Of a stretch of 64,000 nt of DNA, positions 50,827 through 63,649 are shown one piece after another. Made by a program: the position numbers and the translations under genes. Position 1 is the first letter of the stretch. Every line of letters begins with the position of its first letter. The notes beneath the pieces were generated by a model. The model worked only from the letters and a program-made list of their open reading frames with translations, was not told the DNA's origin and ran no database searches. The stretch is taken from positions 51,832,001-51,896,000 of the forward strand of contig NC_043008.1 of the NCBI RefSeq assembly GCF_006345805.1. Direction: 5' to 3'. The DNA is from Octopus sinensis (Eukaryota).

Positions 50827-52216
50827 TTATATCAGTGGTTCGGTTTTCTCTTGTTCTTCTAACTCTTTTTCTGGGCCTCGTGGGGGAGTCTGACGTAGGC
50901 CCTCGAATATATGTGGAGATGTCACATCCAATCTAAGTGGGCCTACGTCATGGAAGAATTCTGACTTTATCCGCCCGTAATCCTTCCGGTCTATTCTGTA
51001 AATTACAAAGTCATTTTTTTTCTCTACTTTCTCCACTTTGGCCATGGCTGCCAACATGTTTCCGAGTCTGCTATTTGATGCTTTTACGGCCATATATGAG
51101 TTTATTGACTCTTTTTTCTTTTTTAAAATTACTCTGGGAGGGGTGGTTTCCGTTTTTCTTTTTTTTTTTCCGATAATTTTTGCCCACCCCTCCTCATTTA
51201 TCTTTTCCTCGCTCTTTTTTTTCTCCGCCGCTGGTTCTGCTGTTACCGTCACCTCCACACCTTCAGTCTTCCCTTCTGGGCCGTCTGACGCTGCTTCTGG
51301 TGACACATTGTCTTCTTTTTCTTTTGGCTTAGGTGCTTCCTGCGGTTTGGGTTGGGGTTGGCATTCCGCCCTTACATGCCCCTTCTTGCCGCAGCCGAAG
51401 CACCTCGGTTTCCTGCCCTCCACGAACACTGTTATTTTCTCGTCTTCACTAATCTTTACCGTTTCTGGAATTTCTTCCAGTGTTTGCACCTCCGCCTGAA
51501 TGGCTATCACTATTTTTTGGCCTTTCCAAAACTCCTCTTCCTCCACTGTGGCCTGGAGGATGTTTATTTTTTTCCTCCAGACCTACCATCACTGCTGCCA
51601 CCAGACATTCAGCATCTGCCTCTGGCGGTATGTTGTTCATTGAAATTTTCGACGTCCTTTTTCCTTTGTACAATGGTAGTAAGACAATGTTTTCCGCTTT
51701 GATTGGCTCCATCGATAGTTTCTTCGCTATCTCCTCCGTAGTGAAACGCACCTCCACTGTGCCGTATCTTTTTCCTCTGTTTATATACGTTATTTTGTCC
51801 ATAAAAGGTTTTAGACAAGACTCTATTTTTTTTTCTTCGATTTTTTGGATCATTTTTTTCGTTGTGTCGTAAGTTTTATATATTATTCTTTTTTTTTCTA
51901 TATCGTCATGTATTTGTATGTTTGTGGCCACAGTCACTTCTGTGCCTTCTTTTTTTACGCAGTCTGCAAATTTTTAAAAATTGTCTATATTTATTTTTTT
52001 GATCTTTTTCCCAGCCACTTCAGCGAATTTTTTTGCTGGAGTTGATGCTGGTACTGGTTTTTCCATTTTCTTGGGCGATGCCGCCTCTTTTTTCTTCGGC
52101 GACAGCGCCTCTTTTTTTCTTGGCGACAACGCCTCTTTTTTACTTGGCGACAACGCCGGGTATTCATCCTCGCTCGTCACGGGCGAATAAGTGATGGGGG
52201 ACTCCATCTTGAACAA
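50827..52216 (-). CDS. LINE ORF1 (gag-like; SPKK repeats, RRM-like region, CCHC knuckle), split by frameshifts
   Basis: ORF pieces 51974-52216, 51449-51937 and 50827-51546; CFGCGKKGHVRAEC. Confidence 0.8.
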
Positions 52217-52719
52217 ACGGCTTTAACAAGCCTTTGGTAAATCTAAATTAATTGTAGTTTTCCCCCACTGAGGGGGGAACACCAACGCGAAGTCTTCGCG
52301 CGAAGGCTGACTTCGTCAGTTAGACAACAATGGACAAAAAAAGGTAGACCAACAGTATATAATAACAGAGATAATAGTACGAGAGCAAAATTATATATCA
52401 ACTTACTAATAACGCAAAAAATTGATTTCCGCCGTGTGTTCAAATCTTTTTTCTCTACATTGTATAGTTTATAGACAATAGTCTTTTCTTTAATTTCATT
52501 TTTTATTATCCATCTGGACTATTCCATTTCTGCACGCTAATTTTATTTTTAATTTATTCCCATTCATGTGAAACCACTTATTCAAGTTCAAGTCATTGAT
52601 GCAATTTTATACCAATTGCTATTTTTACTTTTGTTATGTTACGATTATATTATACTTTAGTTTGATTTTAATTATTACTTACTACATATAATTCAATTGT
52701 TATTATTATTTTTATTGTT

Positions 52720-52985
52720 AAAGTGAAAGTATCTGACTTAAAATAGAGAAATGTTTTTGTTTCACTTTTAACACGTAATATTGAAATAGTGGAGAAGATA
52801 TGAACTTTGCTATGGGCTCGCTCTAGGCAAGAAGTTGAACATTTTTTTTGCCCATGAAACTACATGGACCCTAAGTAAGGCATGTGTAAAATTTGAATGA
52901 AATTGCTTGTGTAGTTCTCAAGTTTTAGGAAAACACACAGACAGACAGACAGACACACATTCTCAGTTTTATATATATAAAGATA
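52720..52985 (+). mobile_element. Helitron-like non-autonomous element 3' part
   Basis: Ends ..CAGACAGACAGACACACATTCTCAGTTTTATATATATAAAGAT. Confidence 0.4.
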
Positions 52986-53419
52986 TATGACAGGCTTCTT
53001 TCAGTTTCCATCTACCAAATTCATTCACGAGACTTTGGTCAGCCCAAGGCTATAGTAGAAGACACACTTTAAAGTATAGAGTTGAATTTCGTGTAGCCAC
53101 CTGTTGGCAACTTTTCTCTCCCACCCATTTTGTAGGGAGTATTTTTCTGGGCTCTTTTCACAGCTATACCCCATTTGAAATTTGCATTAGTTTTTGTAAG
53201 AAAAAAAGAAAGGAAGGGAGTGGGACTTGTTTGTGGTTTGTAGAGGCTTGGCCTCCAGATCTGTAAGACCCATAAATGCCACTGTTAGGATCGGATTAAC
53301 CCCCATAGTGACCCGAATGACTAAAGAAATTTTTCTTCCCCTATATGGGATCTTTTTCCATGTTCTTCCAACCACTTGTAGTTTTATCTTGCCCCAGTCC
53401 ACTCAGCTGGTCAAAATGA

Positions 53420-53770
53420 ATTGTAGCTGTTATTCAAAGGGGCCAGCCTTGTCATATTCTGTGTGAAGCTGAATCTCCCTGAGAACTACATAAATTATAT
53501 GCATATCTGTGGAGTAATCAGCCACTTGCAAGTTAATTTTATCCTAGTGTGGTAATGAAAAGTGAAAGTAACATCCAATATTTGCTGTGTCTTTGTATCT
53601 ATGTATCAGCTTTTATTTGGATTTATGTATCTACTGTCTCTCTCACTTACTCCCTTTCTCTTTCACTTCCTCTGTGTCCCTCCTCACTCCCACTTTTAAT
53701 TTAACAATGTGTGTATGTATCCATGCATCTACTTTTCTTGCAATGAGATAAACATTTAAAAACACAAAAC
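53420..53770. repeat. Paralog of 16040-16400
   Basis: See above. Confidence 0.85.
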
Positions 53771-54267
53771 CTGATGGAAAGCAATGTTTCTTTCTCCTCA
53801 CCTTCAACTACTTCTCCAAGTTATACTCAAAGAAGCTGATGAGGCTTTGTCCTGAAAGGAAAAGCCCTTTCTATAAACACCCTTCGACTGTATTCCCTAA
53901 TTTCAATGTATGCATTAGAGAAGCAAATACTAATACTGATAGTTAGCTATGTGTGGTTACTTAATGTCATGGTAAGAAAATAGTGTGGAAGGGTGATCAA
54001 AGACAAAATAGGAAAATAGTGACTAACAATAGGAAACATAAAATGAAAGTGATAGGTAGGACATAGTGCGTATCTGCCATACTTCGTAGATTGTTAGTCA
54101 CCCACCTCTAGTGGCAGATTTATGGCCACCTAGAATAGAGCCACAGGAACACCCTGCCATAGTTGTTGTTGTTGTTGTTCTTCTTCTTCTTCTTCTTCTT
54201 CTTCTTCTCATCATCATCATCATTATTATTACTATCATCATCATCATCGTCGTCGTCGTCGTCGTCG

Positions 54268-54298
<31 letters not shown>

Positions 54299-54941
54299 TA
54301 TTATTATTATTACTATCATCATCATCATCATCATCATCATCATAATTATGGTGGTGGTGGTGAATAGCTGGTAGAATTGTTAATGCATCAAGCAAAATGC
54401 TTTGTGGCATTTCATCCTGTTCTTTATGGTCCGAGTTCAAATCCTGCCAGGATTGACTTTGCCTTTCATCCTTTTGGGGTTGATAAAATAATTACCAGTC
54501 AAGCTCTGGAGTTGCTGTAATCAACTAATCCGTCATAACCTCCACTTGCACACACATATAGAAAAAAACATATACACGCATCTACACTCCACGCACACAA
54601 GTACACCCCACATACACTCGCTCACAGATGCACACACTCACACACACTCACAATGGCCATTTTGGCTTTCTCCTGCCTTCAAAAGACATATTCTCAATGT
54701 CTCTCCAACTTCCAGTCAGTTATTTTTTGGCCATGTAACAACACACATGCTTTTCTTGGGTTATCTACTTATTCTCCTTTTCCTCTCTCTGTACTTTTAC
54801 CTCTTTCCAACAATGAGCCATGCTTGAAATGTCACTCCAATTTTCCATCTAAAACTTTCACTGAACGTCAAAATAATATATTCACTGTGTGTGTGTGTGT
54901 GGAGAAAGAGAGAGAGAGAGAGAGAGAGAGACTGTTTGATA

Positions 54942-55755
<814 letters not shown>

Positions 55756-55789
55756 ATAGGCATACAACCAGATAGATAGAGGTAGGTGT

Positions 55790-55945
55790 GGGTGTGTGGT
55801 AAAGGAGTTTACTTCCCAGCCATATGGTTTCAGGTTCAGTTTCACTGTGTGGTACCGAGGGCAAGTGTCTTCTACTATAGCCCCAGGCTGACCAAAGCCT
55901 TGAGTGGATTCAGTTGACAAAAACTGAAAGAAGCCCATTACATAA
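55790..55945 (+). mobile_element. CORE-like SINE fragment
   Basis: GGTTCAGTTTCACTG..GGGCAAGTGTCTTCTACTATAGCCCCAGG. Confidence 0.65.
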
Positions 55946-56307
55946 ACATTGTAAATGAATGTGGCTAATTTCTGACATTCTGTGCAGACATGTTTGATCA
56001 TGGGGAAATAACACCTTGCTTGAAAACAGGTAAGAGGGAGCGACTAGAAGGGCATCCATCCATAGAAAATCTGCCTCAATAAACTCCATCTAACCCATGC
56101 AAGCATGGAAAAGTGGGCATTAAAACATGTTATTGATGATGTTGATATATATACTTAAAGCTTATTATAAATTTACTTGCTTTTTTATTCTCTCTCTCTA
56201 TATATATACACACACAAACATACAAACACACACACACACGCATGCACGCACATACACACATACATACATACATACTTACATACATACATACATACATACA
56301 TATATAC

Positions 56308-56338
<31 letters not shown>

Positions 56339-57619
56339 CATACATACATACATACATAAATGTATGTAAATGCTTTTGCTTCATTGCAACTACTGGACAG
56401 AGGTGGTGTGGTGGACATAATTGAGAGGTCAACCTCTCATCAACTTTTTCAAGTTCCACTTGACGGAAAAGGTGAGGGTGGAGAATTTCTAATGTAGGCT
56501 ATAGAGTTTGTGCTGAGGTGGGAAGAAGAGAGAAGAGGTACAATTAATTCTATTAAAACTATGTACTTAAGTTATTTGAAAAACACTCACCCACATCCTA
56601 TCCATTTTAAACCCAGAAATGATGAGAGGTAAGGTTGATGCCTGTGTGATTTGAACTCAGAACATAATTGAATGTAATTAAAGACTGCAAAGCATTTTCT
56701 CCATTGATGTGACATTTATGTCACCAATCACATAATGACAACAATAACGACAACAACAAATTCTTGCTATACCAGGCACAAATCTTCAGATTTGTGTGGG
56801 GAAGGCTAGTCCACTGTACTAATCTTATTGCTTTACTGGTTCTATGTTTTATTGGCTCCAAAAGGATTAAAGGCAAAGTCAACCTTGGCAATGTTTGAAC
56901 TCAGAATCATCATCATCATCATCATTTAACGTCTGCTTTCCATGCTAGCATGAGTTGGACGATTTGACTGAGGTCTGGCAAACCAGACTCCAATCTGATC
57001 TGGCAGAGTTTCTACAGCTGGATGCCCTTCCTAACGCCAACCACTCTGAGGGTGTAGTGGGTGGGGAATTGTTATTATGTACATGTTTTGTCTTGGTATA
57101 AAAAATGGGCTACAGCAAATATTCTGCCTGATACAGCTGGTTGGCTTGTCAGTTGCTTGACCATAAACAGTTGAGCATGTTCCTTGGTGGTTGATCACAA
57201 GCAGGAGTTGCTAAGGAATATCCTAGCCATGTGTTAAGCAGAATTCTTTGGGATTTGAATAATTCAACCCTGGAAACATGGGTTCATCATCCTTAAACAT
57301 GTGTTCATCATCCTTATACAACTCTTATTCAAAGACCTTTTAAGCAGCATGGGCAACTTGACTTGAAGAAAATTTAACTGGGCCATACCTGAAAAATCAT
57401 GCAGTTTATTTTGATATGAGGTCTCTACGTCATGCACATGTGGTTGTGATGCATGTGCTTGGTGTACCCTTATCGGATGGGTAATCATGAGGAGTATATT
57501 GGGCTTCGTATATTTGTACCCCAGTGTCATTTTGATAGTAGGTGCTGTTCTCTCACTCAATAACAACAACAATAATCCTTTCTATCTTTTGTGGAGAGGG
57601 GTTAGTCAATGTTGGATTA

Positions 57620-57995
57620 TGTGGTATGATCATTAGATTTATGGGATTCTCCTGTTCAAATGGATAAGAAGCTAGAAAATGATAAGCCAGACATAATAAT
57701 AGACAAGAAAAAGCAAAGTTGCTTATTAATTGATACATCATGTCCATTTGATTCCTGGATTGTAAAGAAAGAGGATGAAAAATTAAAAAAATACAATCCC
57801 TTAAAATGTGAAATCGCAAAAGTTTGGAGAATGAAAACTGTAAAATCCGTGCTTGTAATAGTTGGTGCATTAGAAGCTGTGGGTAAAAATATAGATGTAT
57901 GGTTGAAGGAGACTGGAATAGAATATCCTGTAGGGCTTCTACAGAAAGTTTGCCTCTTAGTGACAGGAAAGATACTAACAACCGTAAATGGATGA
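57620..57995 (+). mobile_element. RLE-type LINE 3' fragment inserted in a SINE
   Basis: NDKPDIII..LLIDTSCPFD..EKLKKY..LVIVGALE; SINE halves at about 57580-57610 and 57990-58035. Confidence 0.8.
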
Positions 57996-58590
57996 AAGGT
58001 AAAGTTGTACTTGATGGAATTTGGTCTCAGAATGTGGTGTAGGGGGAATGATGGTGGCAGCAGGAGAAGCAGTAGTGGTAATGAAGGTAGCGATGGTGAT
58101 GATGATGGTGGTGATGGTGGCCATGGAGGTGATGATGATGATGTCTGTGGTGGTGGTGGTGGTGGTGGTGATGGTGATGATGATTATGATGATAGTAATG
58201 ATGATGATGGTGGTGGTGGTGGTGGTGGTGGTGATGATGATGAGGATCAAGTAAAAATACACACACATATGCACACATATGCACATATGCACACACATAC
58301 ACACATACACACACATTGATCCATGAGGGAGGAGGAGACCAAAAATATGGGGAGCTCAAGCAAGGGGCAAGCTAGCAGAACGTTGATTGTTAAAACCTAA
58401 ACAACCTTAATCTTTTCCACACAATAAATAAATAATCAAATAAACAAATAAAAAAAAAAGTAAATAAATACGACCCTCTCAAATGAAAAATCTTGTATCT
58501 TAAAAGCAGAGATGATGAAGAAACTGAAAATAACAAACCTGCTTATTGACTTCACATTGATTCATTCACTCGAGCTGGCTGATGATGATG

Positions 58591-58635
<45 letters not shown>

Positions 58636-58664
58636 GTAATAGTAATAGTAACAACAACAACAAT

Positions 58665-58703
<39 letters not shown>

Positions 58704-58729
58704 AATAATAATTATAATAATAATCATAT

Positions 58730-59960
58730 TCTATGGGATGAGCAGAAAAGATGTCTTAGAGGAAGTTATTGCAGAAAAGATCAATTATGGATCAATAAAG
58801 TTAAATAACAAAAGATGGGAGGAGTGTATAGGAAAAAAAAGAGAACTTTAGCAAAGAATGGATTGTTTTATGAGAGAAAAAAACTAATAGTAATACGAGA
58901 ATACAAAAAATATATATATACCGGATTTGGTATTGTCCTCTGCTGATGGCTTCTCTAAAAATTAACTGGGAGTAAAATGATACAGCAATTACTGTAATAG
59001 TAAATAGAAAACAAATGGAAAGTGGCAAAAAGGTAAGATAAGGAAGATGGGGGATGGTAATAAAATGCTTTAAGATAGAGTTCAATCTGATGTCGTTTCC
59101 TTTGGAGAATATAGAGACACCAGAGTCATTTATATAGTACATAGATAACCCCCAATGTTGCTCATATAGGACATAGATACACCCTAGCCTTATACACCTG
59201 TGATTTACATAGAACATACATATACCCAAGCTATTTCTTCAGTACGAACATACTTATGCACAAAAGGGACAGAGATGCAGGAAAAGCAGCAAAATGTAAC
59301 AAACGATGCAGACTTTGTAGATTTAACACTGAAGATATCACTCACATTATATAGAAGCAGCTGTCTGAAAATGTCATCATGGTATTATTTACTGATGAGG
59401 CATGATGTGGCTAAGACACTGTATAATGATATCTGTTGGAAGGATACCCCTGAAGCAAAAGAAATAAGAACCCACTGTATGATGTAAGCTATAGCCACTC
59501 ATAATAAGAAGGAATACAGGTGGAATGTCCCAATGAAACCTCAATAAATTGTAAGCATAGGAAACCTGACATAATGATTTGGGATAGAGAAGAGAAACTG
59601 TGTAAAGTTGTGGAAATCAGTTGCTCAGTGGACATTAACATAAAGCTAAATATCAGCAAAAAAAAATACCTACACTGAACTATTGAGAAATCTACAGTTA
59701 CTCTACCCAGATTACAAGTTCAGGTTTATACCTGCAATTAATGGCGTACTGAGATATGTAACACATTGCCTAAGTACCAATCTTGAGAAATTAGTCTTCT
59801 TAAAACCAGAAAGGAGAAAGCTGATTTGAAGAATGCAGATCCAAGCCATCACTGGAACTGTAAAAGTCTGTAAAACTTCCCTGAAGTTTATCATTTAAGT
59901 ATATATGAGCATAGACATGCAGCTATATCCACAAGAATACATACATAAAACAAAGCATAC
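58730..59960 (+). mobile_element. Degenerate RLE-type LINE fragments
   Basis: YLLMRHDVAK; HRKPDIMIWDREEK; YKFRFIP..VTHCLSTNLEKL..QAITGTVKVCKTSLKF. Confidence 0.7.
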
Positions 59961-59997
59961 AAATCTACACACACACATGCATACATACATATATACA

Positions 59998-60180
59998 AAT
60001 AGTGAATAAATTGTCGTCTAAATTATGCAAAAATGAAAATAACACTGACATCTTATTTCAACAGATATTACCAAAATTAAATAAAGATATATCTTGAAAC
60101 ACTAAAGAATAAATTTATTCAATAAAATCGCCATTGGCTTCAACTACAGCCTCCATACAACTTTGCAATCTCCTTTGATA
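59998..60180 (-). mobile_element. Tc1/mariner-superfamily 3' end
   Basis: C-terminal RLQSCMEAVVEANGDFIE* motif. Confidence 0.55.
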
Positions 60181-60829
60181 AGGATACATCAGGCACATAC
60201 ATCACAACTATATGTGTGTGATATGGTGATCTCATATCAAGATAAACAGCACGTGACCTTGCTGGTGGATCCAGTGAAAATTTCTTCAGGTTAAGTAGCC
60301 CATCCTGCTCAAAAGGTCCCAGAATAAAGGTTGTTTAAAGATGATGAACAAAACACCCATATTTCCAGAGGAGAATTATTCAAACCCCAAAGAATTCCTC
60401 TCAACACATGGCTATGATGCTCCCCCACTACTGATGACAGGTAGTCATGATGGGTATATTGAGCTTATATATTTGTATCCCAGCAGCATTTGATAACATA
60501 TGTTGCTCTTTCACTTAATAATTATTATCATAATTATAATCCTTTCTATTGTAGGTACAAGGTCTGAAATTTAGTGTGAGGAAGGGCTACTTAATTATTT
60601 CTCCCTCAGTGCTCAGCTGGTGCTCTTTTTATCAACCACAAAAGGATAAGAGACAAAGTTGACCTCAGTGGAATATGAACTTAGAACATAAAAATTGATG
60701 AAATGCACTAAGCATTTTGTCCAGCTTACTGATGATTCAGTCATCTTGCCACATTGACCAAAGCCTTGTGAATTAATTTGATTGAAGAAGAGTGAAAGAA
60801 GCCTGTTGTATATGTATCTATGTATCCCA

Positions 60830-61019
60830 CTTGGTTGCTTCTGGCTTGTATAGAGATGATGCATTAACCACTTTTAGAAGTATATACAGGAATACTTTAT
60901 ACAAAGTAAGGGAATTTAAAATCCAAGCATTCATTTCTTTTGGCCTAAAAGTTACAATAAAGACCAACTTTACAATAATTAATTTCTTGTATGTCATTTT
61001 AAATTTAAGCACTAGCTAG
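60830..61019 (+). mobile_element. Penelope-like RT fragment
   Basis: GLYRDDAL..GLKVTIKTNFTIINFLYVILNLST. Confidence 0.6.
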
Positions 61020-61044
61020 CTAGCTGGCTGGCTGGCTGGCTGGA

Positions 61045-62075
61045 TGGATGGATGTAGATTACTTAGTTTCAGTCAAAGTTGGCCCAGGCCATGGCTAATC
61101 TAATAAGCACCACCTAGAAGAGATGCACAGTCAGCTCTTGGGCACCATAGCCCATTCAAGCAGAGAGTTATTGTTTTCAGAGACACATTCGAGTGTGGAT
61201 GGTTTGTCTGGTATTTGTTGGAGGCAATCATCTAGGGACTGTTTAAATGCTGAGAAATCACTTTCCTCCTTTTTGTGGGCGGGCATGATGTTGAAGAGAG
61301 CAAGGCCAGTTGAGGTGAAATAGTTCTGTCGTAGTGTTGTGATACGACACAAACATGGTTTCTGTAGTGGACGGATGTCACGGAGGTCAAGCCTCAGATA
61401 ATTTTAAAGATGATACCTATGTCATTTGGGCTACGTTGATGGGATATTTTCCACATCATACAGATGATATAGTACTCACAGCAGCATTGGAGGGAGTAAA
61501 GTCTGAGCGTTTTGATTTGATCCTAATAGTCAAGGCTTGTCATGTCATCTATATTTTTGCGATTGATCTCAGGGGAGCTTCAATTTTCATAATATTCTTT
61601 TTCATGTGGGGGGACCACAGCAGACAATAGTATTCAAGGTGAGGGTGAACAAAAGCAGAGAAAAGTAGAATAATGGTAGGGGCATCTCTAGACCAGAAAG
61701 TCCTGAGAATCCAGAAACATGCCCTGCGAGTCATGTCAACTTTGCTATTTATATGAGCACTCCAGCTTATTTTGTTGTCAGCAGTAACCCCCAGGTCTCT
61801 AACAGTGCTGGATGCCATGAGGGTTTCACCTGAGGGAAGAGTGTATGATTGTTGGAATGCAGTCTCTTTACTGAAGTGGATTAGGTTGAATTTTTCTCAT
61901 TTAGCTACATATTATGTTTCTCTTCCCATTGGATAACAGCTAACAGATCAGATTGAAGATTTGTCTGGTCTTCAACCCTGTCAACAACCTTCAGGAAAGA
62001 TATGCATGCTACTGTGTTTGATGACATCAGTGATGTCGTTAATAGAAATTATGGAAAGTAGCGGGCCCAGTACAG
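61045..62075 (-). mobile_element. CR1-clade LINE 3' fragment
   Basis: QGTVLGPLL..INDI; VRDLGV..SWSAHI..HPHLEYYCLLWSPH; LFNIMP. Confidence 0.85.
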
Positions 62076-62079
62076 TGCC

Positions 62080-62596
62080 TTGTGTATGTATGTATGTATG
62101 TATGTATGTGGTATGTATGTATGTATGTATGTATGTGTGTATGTATGTATGTATGTATGTATGTATGTATGTATGTATGTATGTATGTGTGTATGTATGT
62201 ATGTATGTACGCATGTATGTATGTATGTATGTGTGTATGTATGTATGTATGTATGTACGTATGTATGCATGCATATATGTATGTATGTATGTACGTATGT
62301 ATGTATGTACGCATGTATGTATGTATGCATGCATGTATGTATGTATGTATGTATGTACGTATGTATGCATGCATGTATGTATGTATGTATGTATGTATGT
62401 ATGTATGTGTGTATGTATGTATGTATGTATGTATGTATGTACGTATGTATGTATGTATGTATGTATGTATGTGTGTATGTATGTGTGTAAGTATGTATGT
62501 ATGTATGTGTGTATGTATGTATGTATGTATGTGTGTATGTATGTGTGTATGTGTGTATGTATGTATGTGTGTTTGTATGCATGCATGTATGTATGT
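62080..62596. repeat. About 515-bp (ATGT)n microsatellite
   Basis: Direct reading; it generates the spurious YVCM/YIHT ORFs. Confidence 0.95.
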
Positions 62597-63545
62597 CATT
62601 ATTCAGTCTATTTCAAAATTCCTTGCCAATAAAGAAAGAACTAGTTTCTAACCTAGATTCAAGGCTCCTTCATTGGAATTTCAACATCAACAGGATATTT
62701 TTGCATGTATGTATGTATATGTGCAGATTTGTATGCTTTGTTTTATGTATGTATTCTTGTGTAAATAGTTGCATACCTAGACATGCTCATATATACTTAA
62801 ATGAAAAACTTCAGGGAAGTTTTACAGACTTTTACAGTTCCAGTGATGGCTTGGATCTGTAGTATTTGAATCAGCTTTCTCCTTTCTGGTTTTAAGAAGA
62901 CTAATTTGTCAAGATTGGTACTTAGGCAGTGTTTTACAGATCCCTGTGCCCCAGTAATTACAGGTATAAACCTGAGCTTGTAATCTGTCCCAAACAACAA
63001 TATGCAACCTGTTATGTTTACTTTTGACAGAAGTTTTGATGAGAATATTCCACCAGTATTCCTTGAGTTGATGTTTATGAATGTATTCCATAACAGGGAT
63101 TTTCTTAGTTTATGTATGTATGTATATATGTATGTATGTCATTATTCTGTTTATTTCAAGATTTCTTGCCAGTAGAGAAAGAACCGGTTTCTAACCTAGA
63201 TCCAATGTTCCTTCATTGGAATTTCAACATCAACAACAGGGTATTTTTGTTTGTATGTATGTATGCATGTATATGCAGATTTTATGTATGTATGCTCATG
63301 CATATAGTTACATATCTAGACATGCTCATATAGATATATTTAAATGCTAAACTTATGGAAAGTTTTACAGATTTTTATTGTTCTAGTGTCGGATTGTATC
63401 AGTAGTCTTCGAATTAGCTTTCTCCATTCTGGTTTTGAGAAGCCTAATTCTCAAGATTGATATTTAGGCAGTGTGTTACATATCCCAGAGCCCCAATAAT
63501 TACAGGTATAAATCTGAACTTGTAATATCTGGATAGAATAACTGT
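62597..63545 (-). mobile_element. Two head-to-tail 3' fragments (62597-63110 and 63138-63545) of one RLE-type LINE family, each bounded by (ATGT)n
   Basis: YK(L/F)RFIPVI.GA.G.V.HCL..NL; shared 3' UTR CTAACCTAGAT(T/C)CAA..CCTTCATTGGAATTTCAACATCAAC. Confidence 0.8.
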
Positions 63546-63649
63546 ATGCATGTATGTATGTATGTATGTATGTATGTATGTATGTATGTATGTATGTATG
63601 TATGTGTGTATGTATGTGTGTATGTATGTATGTATGTTTGTATGTATGT

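Larger units (their letters stand above)
47182..52438 (-). mobile_element. Full-length L1-clade (Tx1-like) non-LTR retrotransposon, 5257 bp
   Basis: 5' UTR, gag-like ORF1, APE-RT-zinc finger ORF2, 3' UTR ending GGGTAATAATAAAAT. Confidence 0.95.

Noticed and set aside
52280-52345. Hammerhead ribozyme in the LINE 5' UTR (CTGACGA plus stem)
   Set aside because: No GAAA after stem II and no stem I pairing; kept only as a generic hairpin.
53830-53945. C/D snoRNA or hammerhead candidate (CTGATGA, GGCTTT/AAAGCC hairpin, distal CTGA)
   Set aside because: No terminal stem or recognisable guide for a snoRNA; no GAAA for a hammerhead.
61961-62862. Long ORFs (up to 223 aa) of YVCM/YIHT repeats
   Set aside because: Translation of the (ATGT)n microsatellite; the same applies to ORFs over (CTAT)n, (GATA)n, (TAA)n, (ATG)n and (TA)n elsewhere.
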